64,000 nucleotides of DNA from Candidatus Faecicola pullistercoris. GTDB lineage: Bacteria > Bacillota > Clostridia > Christensenellales > CAG-917. How positions within the stretch are numbered: the stretch's first letter is position 1; each line of letters opens with the position of its first letter. Below the pieces are notes generated by a model. That model ran no database searches and was not told the origin of the DNA. It saw only the letters and a program-made list of their open reading frames with translations. The stretch covers positions 2,738-66,737 of the forward strand of contig DVNW01000004.1 of the NCBI GenBank assembly GCA_018714105.1. The letters run 5' to 3'. Both the position numbers and the translations under genes were made by a program. Below, piece after piece: positions 38,692 through 47,556 of this stretch.

Positions 38692-40230
38692 ATGGTGTTT
38701 ATTGCGGCGACGGCGGGAGCGGTAACGTGCGTAGCTTTCTTTTTGCCTTGCGTGCATCTGCTTCAGCTTTGCAAATACCGTCCTTCCGCCGTATTCTGCA
38801 CTGATTTTTATTTCGGTTTGTATTTATCCGCAGTCGTGAGGGCGGCGGTTTGCGCGCTTGTTTTGTTGCTGTTTGAAAGCCTGAATCTGCCGCTTCTCGC
38901 GTCGGCGTCAGTTTACGTCGTATTTCTTGCGTCTTTCCTGTGGCAAAAGAAAGAAAAGGCCAAAAAGCCGCTTGTGTTCACGCCGCGCGTAAAGAGGCTG
39001 ATCGCGCTTTTTTTCTGTATTTCGTTTGCGGCCGCCGTTTTGCCGTATTACGCGTTCGGACTCAAAGAAGGCGGTTTCCTTGCGGCTATTGCGGCTGAAA
39101 CCGCGCTGTATCCCGTATTTCTGGCTTCAGCGGCCGCGATTTTATATCCTTTCGAGTTGCTTAACAACAACCGTAAAATCAGAATAGCCGCGCAATTGCT
39201 CAAAGAAAAAAACATGATTAAAATCGGTATCACGGGCAGCTTCGGAAAAACTTCGGTAAAAGAGATACTCTATACCGTTCTTTCCCGAAAATACAAGGTG
39301 CTCAGAACCGAGGGTAATTTCAATACGCCTGCCGGAATATCTCTGACGCTTGAAAAAATGCGGGGCGACGAAGCTGTTTTCATAGCCGAAATGGGGGCGA
39401 GAAAGACGGGGGATATTGCCTTTCTTGCCCGAATGGTAAAGCCGGACTACGGCATTATAACGGGAGTGGCTCCTCAGCATCTCGAGACTTTCGGAACTTT
39501 TGAAGCGGTCAGAAAGACAAAGGGCGAACTTGCCGCGGCTCTGCCCGATTACGGCACGCTTATTGTAAATGCGGACGAGGAACAAGCCGATCTTTCGGGC
39601 GCGGTATGTAAGATTGTAAAAGTAGGAAAAGACGGCAAGTATAGGGTAAAAGACGTGCATACCGATAAAAACGGAAGCAGTTTCGTTTTCTGCACGGAAA
39701 GCGAAGAAGAAGTTTTTGAAACCGTTCTGCTTGGCAGACACAACGTGAAAAACATAGCGCTTGCCGCCGCGCTTGCCTGCGAGCTCGGGCTGAAGCCCGC
39801 CGATATCGCAAAAGCGGTAAAATCGGTAAAAGCTCCGCCGCACAGGCTGGAACTTACGGTTACGCCCGACCTTACCATAATCGACGACAGCTACAACGCC
39901 AACCCTTCAGGGGTAAAATGCGCGCTTGAAGTACTGTCGGAATTTGACGGTATAAAAACCGTAATTACGCCGGGAATGGTGGAACTGGGCGACGAAGAGG
40001 AAACCCTTAACCGCGAATACGGAAAACTTATTGCCGAAGTCGCGGACAAGGTTGTACTTATAGGCAAGTATCCCGCAGAGTACGTTTATAACGGCTTATC
40101 GGCTGCGGGGTACAAAGGTGCGGTTTACCGTTTTCCTACCTTATCCGAGGCCGAACAGAACTTCGGAAGAGTTCTGTCCCGGGGAGAAACCGTGCTTTTT
40201 GCAAACGATTTACCCGATAATTACAAATAG
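38692..40230 (+). CDS. murF: UDP-MurNAc-tripeptide--D-alanyl-D-alanine ligase (MurF) with an N-terminal polytopic membrane domain
   Basis: The P-loop is GITGSFGKTS and the MurF hallmark DDSYNANP is present. ddl lies downstream. The ATG at 38692 lies 8 nt after GGAGGG. The first ~155 residues are hydrophobic helices rather than the usual MurF N-domain. Confidence 0.8.
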   Translation: MVFIAATAGAVTCVAFFLPCVHLLQLCKYRPSAVFCTDFYFGLYLSAVVRAAVCALVLLLFESLNLPLLASASVYVVFLASFLWQKKEKAKKPLVFTPRVKRLIALFFCISFAAAVLPYYAFGLKEGGFLAAIAAETALYPVFLASAAAILYPFELLNNNRKIRIAAQLLKEKNMIKIGITGSFGKTSVKEILYTVLSRKYKVLRTEGNFNTPAGISLTLEKMRGDEAVFIAEMGARKTGDIAFLARMVKPDYGIITGVAPQHLETFGTFEAVRKTKGELAAALPDYGTLIVNADEEQADLSGAVCKIVKVGKDGKYRVKDVHTDKNGSSFVFCTESEEEVFETVLLGRHNVKNIALAAALACELGLKPADIAKAVKSVKAPPHRLELTVTPDLTIIDDSYNANPSGVKCALEVLSEFDGIKTVITPGMVELGDEEETLNREYGKLIAEVADKVVLIGKYPAEYVYNGLSAAGYKGAVYRFPTLSEAEQNFGRVLSRGETVLFANDLPDNYK

Positions 40231-40239
40231 GAGGTAGTT

Positions 40240-41373
40240 ATGAAAGTTGCGGTATTTTTCGGCGGAGATTCGCCCGAAAGCGATATTTCGGTTATAACCG
40301 CGTTGCAGGCCATGGCCGAACTTAAAGGAAGAGTCGGACTTCTGCCCGTGTACATAAAAAACGGCTCTTTTCTGACGGTTAAAGAACCGACAGCCGACAA
40401 ATTTGCCGATTTTAAAAAAAGTCGGTTTAAAAAACTTGTTCTGCACGAAGGAGTATTTTATCGTAGCGGAAGAGCGGCGGGGTTATGGCGTTTCCGTCCC
40501 GACGCGGCTCTGATATGCTGCCACGGAGGCCTGGGCGAGAACGGAGGCTTGCAGGGGCTGTTGGAACTCAACGGCATACCTTATACTTCGGCAGGAATAA
40601 CCGCGTCGGCAATAGGCATGAACAAAATCGTGCAAAAAGAAATATTTTCGGCGCTAATGCTGCCCGTAACCGATTATCTTCAGATAGACAGGGACGAATT
40701 TCTGAACGACGAAGATAAAATCGTAATGCACGTCCAGACTTTTCTGGAATATCCCGTAATCGTGAAACCGTGTTCTTCGGGAAGCAGTATCGGAATAGAC
40801 GTGGCCAAAAACGAAAGCGAACTGAAAAAGGCGGTTTCGATTGCCTGTGAGTATGACGAAACCGTTATTGTGGAAAGAGCGCTTACCGATTTTGTCGAGC
40901 TTAATTGTGCGGCTGTAAGCGCGGGCGACTCGATAACCGTAAGTCAGATTGAAAAGCCTCTGAACTGGAAAGATTTTCTTACCTTCGAAAACAAGTACGG
41001 CACAGGCGGGAAAATGTCTGGCGCGGGGCGCGAGCTTCCTGCGGAAATTCCCGAGGAACTTGCCGAGGAAATACGCTTTTTGACGATGAAAATTTATAAA
41101 GAACTCAAAATGAAAGGGGTTGTAAGAACGGACTATCTTTACGACAGAAAAGAAAACAAACTTTACGTAAACGAAATAAACACCGTGCCCGGGTCGCTGG
41201 CATACTATCTGTTTGACGGGCTGGGCATAAGTTTTTACGAGCTGCTTAAAATTATGTTTGACGGAGCGTTGAAAGCGTATCGGTCGGATTGCATGGACAA
41301 AAAGGTATTCAGCACTTCCGTACTCGGCAATTTCGGACGCGGAGGCCTGAAATCGGGATGCAAGCGGAGATAA
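40240..41373 (+). CDS. ddl: D-alanine--D-alanine ligase
   Basis: The N-terminus is MKVAVFFGGDSPESDISV. An ATP-grasp core follows, ending EINTVPGS. The protein is 377 aa. Confidence 0.9.
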   Translation: MKVAVFFGGDSPESDISVITALQAMAELKGRVGLLPVYIKNGSFLTVKEPTADKFADFKKSRFKKLVLHEGVFYRSGRAAGLWRFRPDAALICCHGGLGENGGLQGLLELNGIPYTSAGITASAIGMNKIVQKEIFSALMLPVTDYLQIDRDEFLNDEDKIVMHVQTFLEYPVIVKPCSSGSSIGIDVAKNESELKKAVSIACEYDETVIVERALTDFVELNCAAVSAGDSITVSQIEKPLNWKDFLTFENKYGTGGKMSGAGRELPAEIPEELAEEIRFLTMKIYKELKMKGVVRTDYLYDRKENKLYVNEINTVPGSLAYYLFDGLGISFYELLKIMFDGALKAYRSDCMDKKVFSTSVLGNFGRGGLKSGCKRR

Positions 41374-41466
41374 ACACTTGCAAAAAACTTACTTTTGTTA
41401 TAAAATATAATAAATATAATAAAGCCCTGTTTTCCGGGGCTTTAATAGATTAAAGAGGTACGCGAA

Positions 41467-42672
41467 GTGAATAAGATAAAAATGATTACTCCGCTCGTCG
41501 AAATGGACGGCGACGAAATGACCCGCATATTATGGAAACTCATAAAAGAAATACTCATAGAGCCTTACGTCGATCTGAAAACGGAGTACTATGACCTGGG
41601 CCTCGAAAACAGAGACCTTACGGACGACAAGGTTACGGTGCAGGCGGCAGAGGCATGCAAGAAGTACGGAGTCGGCGTAAAGTGCGCCACGATAACACCG
41701 AACGCTCAGCGTGTAAAGGAATACAACCTTAAAAGCATGTGGAAAAGCCCCAACGGTACTATAAGGGCGGTTCTGGACGGAACGGTATTCCGCGCGCCTA
41801 TCATCGTTAAGGGAATCGAACCGCTCATTCCCTCCTGGAAAAAGCCCATAATTATAGCAAGGCACGCTTACGGCGACGTTTATAAGGACGTCGAAGCTGC
41901 GGTGGTTAAGGGCGGCAAAGCCGAACTTGTGATTACCGACGAAAGCGGCAATAAGGAAGTAAAGGAAATTTTCAGTTACAAAAACAGCGAAGGTATCGTT
42001 CTGGGTATGCACAATACCTCGGCAAGCATAAAAAGTTTTGCCGAAAGCTGTTTCAAATACGCGCTCGACAGTAAAAAGGATTTATGGTTTTCGACAAAGG
42101 ACACCATCAGCAAAACGTATGACCACACCTTTAAGGACGTGTTTGCCGAGCTTTACGAAACAAAATACAAAAAAGCCTTTCAAGAAGCGGGCATAAGTTA
42201 TTTTTACACCTTGATCGACGACGCCGTGGCAAGAGTCGTAAGAAGCGAAGGCGGCTATATCTGGGCGCTTAAAAATTACGACGGCGACGTAATGAGCGAC
42301 ATGGTTGCAACGGCATTCGGCAGTCTTGCAATGATGACCTCCGTGCTGGTTTCGCCCGACGGCAATTACGAATTCGAGGCAGCTCACGGTACGGTTACCA
42401 GACATTACTACAAGTACCTCGACGGCGAAAAGACCTCGACGAATTCGATGGCCACCATATTTGCCTGGACGGGCGCTCTCAGAAAACGCGGGGAGCTGGA
42501 CGGGATTAACGAACTGTGCGCTTTTGCAGATAAACTCGAAGCCGCGGCCATACGCACGGTCGAGCAGGGTTGTATGACCAAAGATCTTGCCGCAATATTC
42601 AAATCGGACGACGTAAACCCCGTGGTTCTCGATTCGGAAGAATTTATAAGGGCGATAGCCGAAAGGATATAA
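41467..42672 (+). CDS. icd: NADP-dependent isocitrate dehydrogenase (about 400 aa, subfamily II type)
   Basis: The motifs [13 protein letters not shown] and VKCATITPN are present. The GTG start follows an AAGAGG Shine-Dalgarno. Confidence 0.9.
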   Translation: MNKIKMITPLVEMDGDEMTRILWKLIKEILIEPYVDLKTEYYDLGLENRDLTDDKVTVQAAEACKKYGVGVKCATITPNAQRVKEYNLKSMWKSPNGTIRAVLDGTVFRAPIIVKGIEPLIPSWKKPIIIARHAYGDVYKDVEAAVVKGGKAELVITDESGNKEVKEIFSYKNSEGIVLGMHNTSASIKSFAESCFKYALDSKKDLWFSTKDTISKTYDHTFKDVFAELYETKYKKAFQEAGISYFYTLIDDAVARVVRSEGGYIWALKNYDGDVMSDMVATAFGSLAMMTSVLVSPDGNYEFEAAHGTVTRHYYKYLDGEKTSTNSMATIFAWTGALRKRGELDGINELCAFADKLEAAAIRTVEQGCMTKDLAAIFKSDDVNPVVLDSEEFIRAIAERI

Positions 42673-42673
42673 A

Positions 42674-43609
42674 ATGGTAAACGTCTGTTTCTGCATTTTA
42701 ACCGAACTGCTTGCCAAAAACAAGGTGACGGCTAAATATCTTGCGGAGAAATACGAAATTTCCGTAAGGACGGTATACCGTTATCTGGACGTGCTTGCGG
42801 CAGGCGGCGTGAATTTTTTTACGGACAGAGGCAGAAACGGAGGTATTAAAATTGCCGACGATTACAAATTATCGGCATCCTACCTTACCGACGCCGAAAA
42901 AAAATCGCTGATAGAGGCGGTGTCGATCTGGTCGCAGACCACGTCGGGAACGGATGCCGAAAGCCTTAAAACCAAACTTGCGGCGCTGGGCGGTGGAGGT
43001 GCTCAGCCCGTCCGTATGGCGGGCGACAAAATAATACTCGAAGGCGGGTTGGACGGCGACAGTGAACGCATTAAAAATAAGATAGCCCCGCTAAAAAAGG
43101 CGATAGACGAAAATTTTGTAGTCAGAATAGAATACCGTTCCAGAAGCGGTAGCCAGACGGAGAGGGATATCGAGCCCCGCGCTTTCGTGTTCAAGCAAAT
43201 GGTCTGGTACGTATACGCTTATTGCCGAAACCGCAAGGATTTCAGGACTTTTAAACTCAGCCGCATAATAAAACTTAAAGTCACCGACGAAAAGTTTATT
43301 CCGGCTTCGGACGAAAAATACGAATGGTCGCTTACCGATAACGCTTCGTACGAAAAAAAGGATATACTGGTCAGACTCAAAGAAAGCGCGCGCTACGACG
43401 CGGAAGAATGGCTGGGGGTAGAGAACGTAAAGCCTCTTTCCGAGCCGGACGGGGAATGGAAATATATCGCTTCGGCGGTCATTACCGCCGATGCGTCTCT
43501 TGTTCCCAAACTGCTTTCTTTCGGCGACGGAATAAAAATTCTTTTACCGTACGATTTGAAAGCCGAAGCGCTGAAAGCAGCGCAAAATTTGTTAAAAAAC
43601 AACGAATAA
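42674..43609 (+). CDS. YafY-family transcriptional regulator (HTH plus WYL domain)
   Basis: The HTH is VTAKYLAEKYEISVRTVYRYLDVL and the WYL-type core is VWYVYAYCRNRKDFRTFKLSRI. The gene starts 1 nt after the icd stop. Confidence 0.8.
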   Translation: MVNVCFCILTELLAKNKVTAKYLAEKYEISVRTVYRYLDVLAAGGVNFFTDRGRNGGIKIADDYKLSASYLTDAEKKSLIEAVSIWSQTTSGTDAESLKTKLAALGGGGAQPVRMAGDKIILEGGLDGDSERIKNKIAPLKKAIDENFVVRIEYRSRSGSQTERDIEPRAFVFKQMVWYVYAYCRNRKDFRTFKLSRIIKLKVTDEKFIPASDEKYEWSLTDNASYEKKDILVRLKESARYDAEEWLGVENVKPLSEPDGEWKYIASAVITADASLVPKLLSFGDGIKILLPYDLKAEALKAAQNLLKNNE

Positions 43610-43732
43610 TTTAAAAAGTATTATAAAAAACGCTTTAAAATATAACATTATTTTACAAATTCAAATATTGCAGTGCAGTATTTTTAAAAACGGCGGCCGT
43701 CGGTTTGAAAAAGTTTTAACCTAATTTTGTTG

Positions 43733-43761
43733 TTGATTTAATAAAAGATATGTGGTATTAT
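43733..43761 (+). promoter_or_regulatory. Promoter of the ApbE-containing operon
   Basis: TTGATT (43733-43738), a 17-nt spacer, then an extended -10 TGgTATTAT (43753-43761). A GAAAGGAGG Shine-Dalgarno precedes the ATG at 43787. Confidence 0.55.
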
Positions 43762-43786
43762 ATTTGAAGAGAAAGGAGGCGATTTT

Positions 43787-44257
43787 ATGTATAAGTTTAA
43801 AATCAGCCATAAAATTACTTTGCTTGCCTCTTTGGCGGTATGGGTTTTTTGGATTGTATTCGCAATTGTCTACCGTCAGTCGATCATCGACGGCGGCGAT
43901 ACCAAAACTCAGTTTTTTATGTTGCTAATATGGAGTTTTATTATTTATCTGGCTATGCTTTATCCCGTATTTTCGCCGGATATGAATCTTGTTCCCAAAA
44001 AACACATGTCCGAAAAAGCCGTCGAAAAGCTGATTGACATAAGACGCATGTGTTTTATAGGCATTCAGTTCCTTTTCGTCTTTCTGGCTTGCGGTACTTC
44101 CGTATCACTGTTCTTCACTACATGGCGTATAGGTGTGGGAATAACCGTTCTGATTTACGCGCTTTGCATGTTTGCCGTGCTTTTGGCAACTTATTTACGA
44201 ACCAAGCACGTTACTAAAAATCACGAATATATTCCTCACAAAGATGAAATTAAATAA
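43787..44257 (+). CDS. Four-helix membrane protein, unknown function
   Basis: The 156-aa ORF has a strong Shine-Dalgarno and four hydrophobic helices. Its end overlaps the ApbE start. Confidence 0.6.
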   Translation: MYKFKISHKITLLASLAVWVFWIVFAIVYRQSIIDGGDTKTQFFMLLIWSFIIYLAMLYPVFSPDMNLVPKKHMSEKAVEKLIDIRRMCFIGIQFLFVFLACGTSVSLFFTTWRIGVGITVLIYALCMFAVLLATYLRTKHVTKNHEYIPHKDEIK

Positions 44258-45278
44258 AAGGTTCAAATTAATAATAACGGCACTGCTTCTTGCAGTGCTT
44301 TTATTGATTACGACTTCATGCGGACTGTTTAACGATTATCCCGATTATTATGAGATTTTCGGCACGGTTTTTACGGTTACCTCGGACGGCGGCAAGGCTA
44401 TTGAAAAAGAGGTGGCAGACCTGCTTTCGGGTAAAGAAAGTCTGCTCAGCACGCAGATAAGTTCGTCGGATATATTCAAAATAAACGCGGCGCCCGCAGG
44501 TACCGCAGTTAAAGTGGACGCTCTTACTTTCAGCCTTTTGGAGCTTTCTGCTGAGCTTTACGCTTCAAGCGAGGGAGCGTTCAATCCCGCTGTATATCCG
44601 CTCGTCCGGCTTTGGCGTTTTTCGCCCGACACCTTTACCGCCGTTTCGCAGAATTACGTACTTCCTTCGGACGGGGAAATACAATCTTTACTTGAAATCT
44701 GCGATTATAACGACGTCGTTCTCGACAGAGACGCGCTGACGGTAACCAAGCTCAAAGAAGGAATGATGCTGGATTTGGGAGGTATGGCAAAGGGCTATGC
44801 GGTCAGATACGCCGCCGATTATTACGCTGAAAGAAATCTTGACGCTCTCGTAAATCTGGGCGGCAATCTGTGCGCTACGGGCAGCAGGACCTATACGATA
44901 GGCATAACGCATCCCGACGCGGCTTCGGGATATCCGTACTTTGCAAAAATATCTCTGAAAAACGCGTGCGTGTCCACTTCGGGTAAATATCAGCGCTACT
45001 ATACCGTAGACGGAGTCAGGTACAGTCATATCCTTGCTCGGGACGGAAAGCCCTCGTTTTCCGACGTGGAGAGCTGCACGGTTATTTCCCGAAACGGCGA
45101 GTTGGGCGACGCGCTTGCAACGGCCGCTGTGGCAGCGGGCGCGGAAAAGGGAGCCGCTCTTATCCGTAAATACAATTGTTCGGCGATTTTCATACTCGAA
45201 AACAAAAGGTATTTCACCGTAAATTGCGACGAGATTTCTTTCGAGCTTACCGATACGGAGTATAAACTCTATGAATAA
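44244..45278 (+). CDS. apbE: FAD:protein FMN transferase (ApbE family) lipoprotein
   Basis: MKLNKRFKLIITALLLAVLLLITTSC provides a signal peptide with lipobox. ApbE-like blocks are FNPAVYPLVRLW, LDLGGMAKGYA and STSGKYQRY. The ORF-track start at 44172 is rejected. Confidence 0.85.
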   Translation: MKLNKRFKLIITALLLAVLLLITTSCGLFNDYPDYYEIFGTVFTVTSDGGKAIEKEVADLLSGKESLLSTQISSSDIFKINAAPAGTAVKVDALTFSLLELSAELYASSEGAFNPAVYPLVRLWRFSPDTFTAVSQNYVLPSDGEIQSLLEICDYNDVVLDRDALTVTKLKEGMMLDLGGMAKGYAVRYAADYYAERNLDALVNLGGNLCATGSRTYTIGITHPDAASGYPYFAKISLKNACVSTSGKYQRYYTVDGVRYSHILARDGKPSFSDVESCTVISRNGELGDALATAAVAAGAEKGAALIRKYNCSAIFILENKRYFTVNCDEISFELTDTEYKLYE

Positions 45279-45654
45279 AACGGTAAGTCAGGTTAAAAAG
45301 GGAAAGTTTTTCAGAGCGGCAGACCTTATTCTGCTCGTTCTGGTAATAGTTTCGGTAATAGGGATTGCAGTGTCTGAAAGCAGGCCCGAAGGCGGCACGG
45401 TGACCGTTTACGTAGCGGACAGGAAATACGGCGAGTATCCGACCTCCGTCGACAGAGAAATACACATCGAAGCGGAGGGCGCGGATATGATTATGGCTAT
45501 ACGGGACGGCGCCGTAAAAGTAACTCATTCAAATTGTCCTAACAAGCAGTGTACTCTTTTGGAAATAAGCAGACAGGGGCAAAGCATTATCTGCCTGCCA
45601 AACAAAGTGGTTATCAAAATTCAGGGCGAAAGCGACGTGGACGGGGTAACGTGA
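45271..45654 (+). CDS. NusG domain II-containing membrane-anchored protein
   Basis: The 127-aa protein has one N-terminal TM helix. The conserved stretch is SNCPNKQCTLLEISRQGQSIICLPNKVVIKI. Confidence 0.75.
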   Translation: MNKTVSQVKKGKFFRAADLILLVLVIVSVIGIAVSESRPEGGTVTVYVADRKYGEYPTSVDREIHIEAEGADMIMAIRDGAVKVTHSNCPNKQCTLLEISRQGQSIICLPNKVVIKIQGESDVDGVT

Positions 45655-45655
45655 T

Positions 45656-46204
45656 ATGGGCGGACGAAGCAAAACGGTTGCAACTTACGCGGTATGTCTG
45701 GCGTTGTCGCTGATACTTTCTCTGCTGGAAGGTGCTTTTCCGCCGCCCGTACCCGCTTTGCCGTATGTAAAGCTGGGACTTTCGAATTTGCCGTTTCTGT
45801 TTCTGTTTGCCGTAGCTACGGAACGCAAATGGATTATTTACGCCGTTCTTGCGGTTAAATGTCTGCTTGCCTCTTTGTTTGCGGGGGCGATAACCATGAT
45901 TTTGTATTCCTTACCGTCCGCGCTTGCGGCTTTCGGGGTTACTCATCTTCTTATAAAGACGGCTAAATTCGGGTTGCCCGCGATAAGCGCGTTTTCGGCG
46001 GCCGTTTTCAATGCCGTTCAGCTTCTTGCGGCTTGCATCGTTGCGGGAAGCGGGCTTATGTATCTGATGCCGTATATGTTGGCCGCGGGAGTCGCGGCGG
46101 GATTCGTAACCGGAACGGTGGTATGGCTTGTAATAAAATATATGCCCGCAACTTATCTGTTGACGGAAGCGGAGCAAGAAAGTGCAGACGAAAACAACCC
46201 GTAA
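45656..46204 (+). CDS. Gx transporter family protein (Hpre_diP_synt_I family)
   Basis: The 182-aa, five-helix protein has the N-terminal stretch ALSLILSLLEGAFPPPVPALPYVKLGLSN. It starts 1 nt after the previous stop. Confidence 0.7.
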   Translation: MGGRSKTVATYAVCLALSLILSLLEGAFPPPVPALPYVKLGLSNLPFLFLFAVATERKWIIYAVLAVKCLLASLFAGAITMILYSLPSALAAFGVTHLLIKTAKFGLPAISAFSAAVFNAVQLLAACIVAGSGLMYLMPYMLAAGVAAGFVTGTVVWLVIKYMPATYLLTEAEQESADENNP

Positions 46205-46218
46205 GAACGGGTTGTTTT
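46194..46218. terminator. Bidirectional terminator between convergent genes
   Basis: The stem is ACAACCCG / CGGGTTGT (46194-46201 / 46208-46215). AAAA lies upstream and TTTT downstream. The stop codon of the + strand gene sits in the loop. Confidence 0.65.
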
Positions 46219-47455
46219 ATCGTTTGAACGGTAAAAAATCTTCGTCGTCGGTAAGGTTGTGGCTTTGGGTGTCGGCATCCAGAACGATTGCGCGCTTCAC
46301 GCTGTCGAAACCGTATTTATTGCGTATTTTGTCGATGGATTTTTCCAGTTCGTTTTCTTTTCTGGACTTCTGGTCCTCTTCGAGCAGGCTGAACTGCAAA
46401 GGGCTTGTTCCCGTGCCCGACAGCTTCTGAGTATAAACCGAAAGCGCGCGTACGGGAGGAGAAAAAGTGCAGTTCGCCTTTAAAATTTCGATGGCTTTGT
46501 CGGCAATATCCGACGCGTTCGAAGTGGGGGCGGGCAGAAGGGCCTGCCTTGTAAATGATTGCAGACGGTTGTTTTTTACGCTTACGGAAACGCCGCCTGC
46601 CTGCAAACCGTACTTTCTGAGCCTGGAAGCAACCATTTCCGAGAGAGCGTAAATTACGGGTACGGCCCTTTCGAGAGAATCCACGTCCGATGCCATGGTA
46701 GTGCCGTGTCCTACGCTTTTGGGTTCGTGATAATCGTCGAAACGGGATACCGTACGGTCTCCGTCGCCTGCGGCTGCGTCAATCATTTTATCGGCGGTTA
46801 TGCCGAAATGGTATCGCAACACCGTGCGGTCGGCGGTTGCGAGATCGCCTATAGTGGAAATGTTCAGCAAGCGGAGTTTGTCGGCGGTTTTCCTGCCTAT
46901 CATCAGAAGGTCGGAAACGGGAAGAGGCCATACTTGGGGTTTATAGTTTTCGCGCGAAATTACGGTGACGGCGTCGGGCTTTTTCATATCGCTGCCGAGC
47001 TTTGCGAAAATCTTGTTGAAAGATACGCCTACCGAAATCGTCAGACCGGTAGCGTCTTTTACGTGGCGGCGTATTTTATCGGCAATTTCCGCAGGCGCAC
47101 CGAACAGGCGTGTGCTTCCCGTGACGTCGAGCCAGCACTCGTCTATCCCGAATCCTTCGATTAAGTCGGTGTACTGTTTGTAAACTTCGCGAACGCGGCC
47201 GCTGTATTCCACGTATTTCGAATACGTGGGCGGAACGAGGATAAGGTCGGGACACTTTTTAAGAGCCTGCCATATCGCTTCGCCCGTCTGTACGCCTTTT
47301 GCCTTGGCGGGATTGCTTTTTGCAAGCACTATGCCGTGGCGTTTTTTGGGGTCGCCGCAGACAGCTACGGGCTTACCGCGGAGTTCGGGGTTAAGCAGAG
47401 TTTCAACCGACGCGTAAAAATTATTCAGGTCGCAGTGAAGTATAACCTTATCCAT
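46217..47455 (-). CDS. dinB: DNA polymerase IV
   Basis: The N-terminus is MDKVILHCDLNNFYASVE, followed by a Y-family polymerase core. The protein is 412 aa. Confidence 0.93.
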   Translation of the reverse strand: MDKVILHCDLNNFYASVETLLNPELRGKPVAVCGDPKKRHGIVLAKSNPAKAKGVQTGEAIWQALKKCPDLILVPPTYSKYVEYSGRVREVYKQYTDLIEGFGIDECWLDVTGSTRLFGAPAEIADKIRRHVKDATGLTISVGVSFNKIFAKLGSDMKKPDAVTVISRENYKPQVWPLPVSDLLMIGRKTADKLRLLNISTIGDLATADRTVLRYHFGITADKMIDAAAGDGDRTVSRFDDYHEPKSVGHGTTMASDVDSLERAVPVIYALSEMVASRLRKYGLQAGGVSVSVKNNRLQSFTRQALLPAPTSNASDIADKAIEILKANCTFSPPVRALSVYTQKLSGTGTSPLQFSLLEEDQKSRKENELEKSIDKIRNKYGFDSVKRAIVLDADTQSHNLTDDEDFLPFKR

Positions 47456-47497
47456 ATAAATTATTATAACCTATAGGCTAAGTTATTTCAACCAACG

Positions 47498-47526
47498 TAT
47501 TGCATAATCGGTAAAATTATATTATA
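47498..47526 (+). promoter_or_regulatory. Promoter of mcsA-mcsB-clpC
   Basis: TTGCAT (47498-47503), a 17-nt spacer, then TATAAT (47521-47526). Confidence 0.55.
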
Positions 47527-47556
47527 ATATTCGTAATAAATAAAAGGCTTATCGCT

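Noticed and set aside
41418-41444. A hairpin (AAAGCCC / GGGCTTT) between ddl and icd, considered as a possible regulatory element.
   Set aside because: It has a 7-bp stem, a 9-nt loop and no T-run. It could be a weak ddl terminator or incidental structure. Nothing distinctive was seen.
47456-47556. A CtsR operator upstream of mcsA.
   Set aside because: I searched both strands by eye for the (A/G)GTCAAA tandem heptad and found none. The absence is reported as a finding instead.
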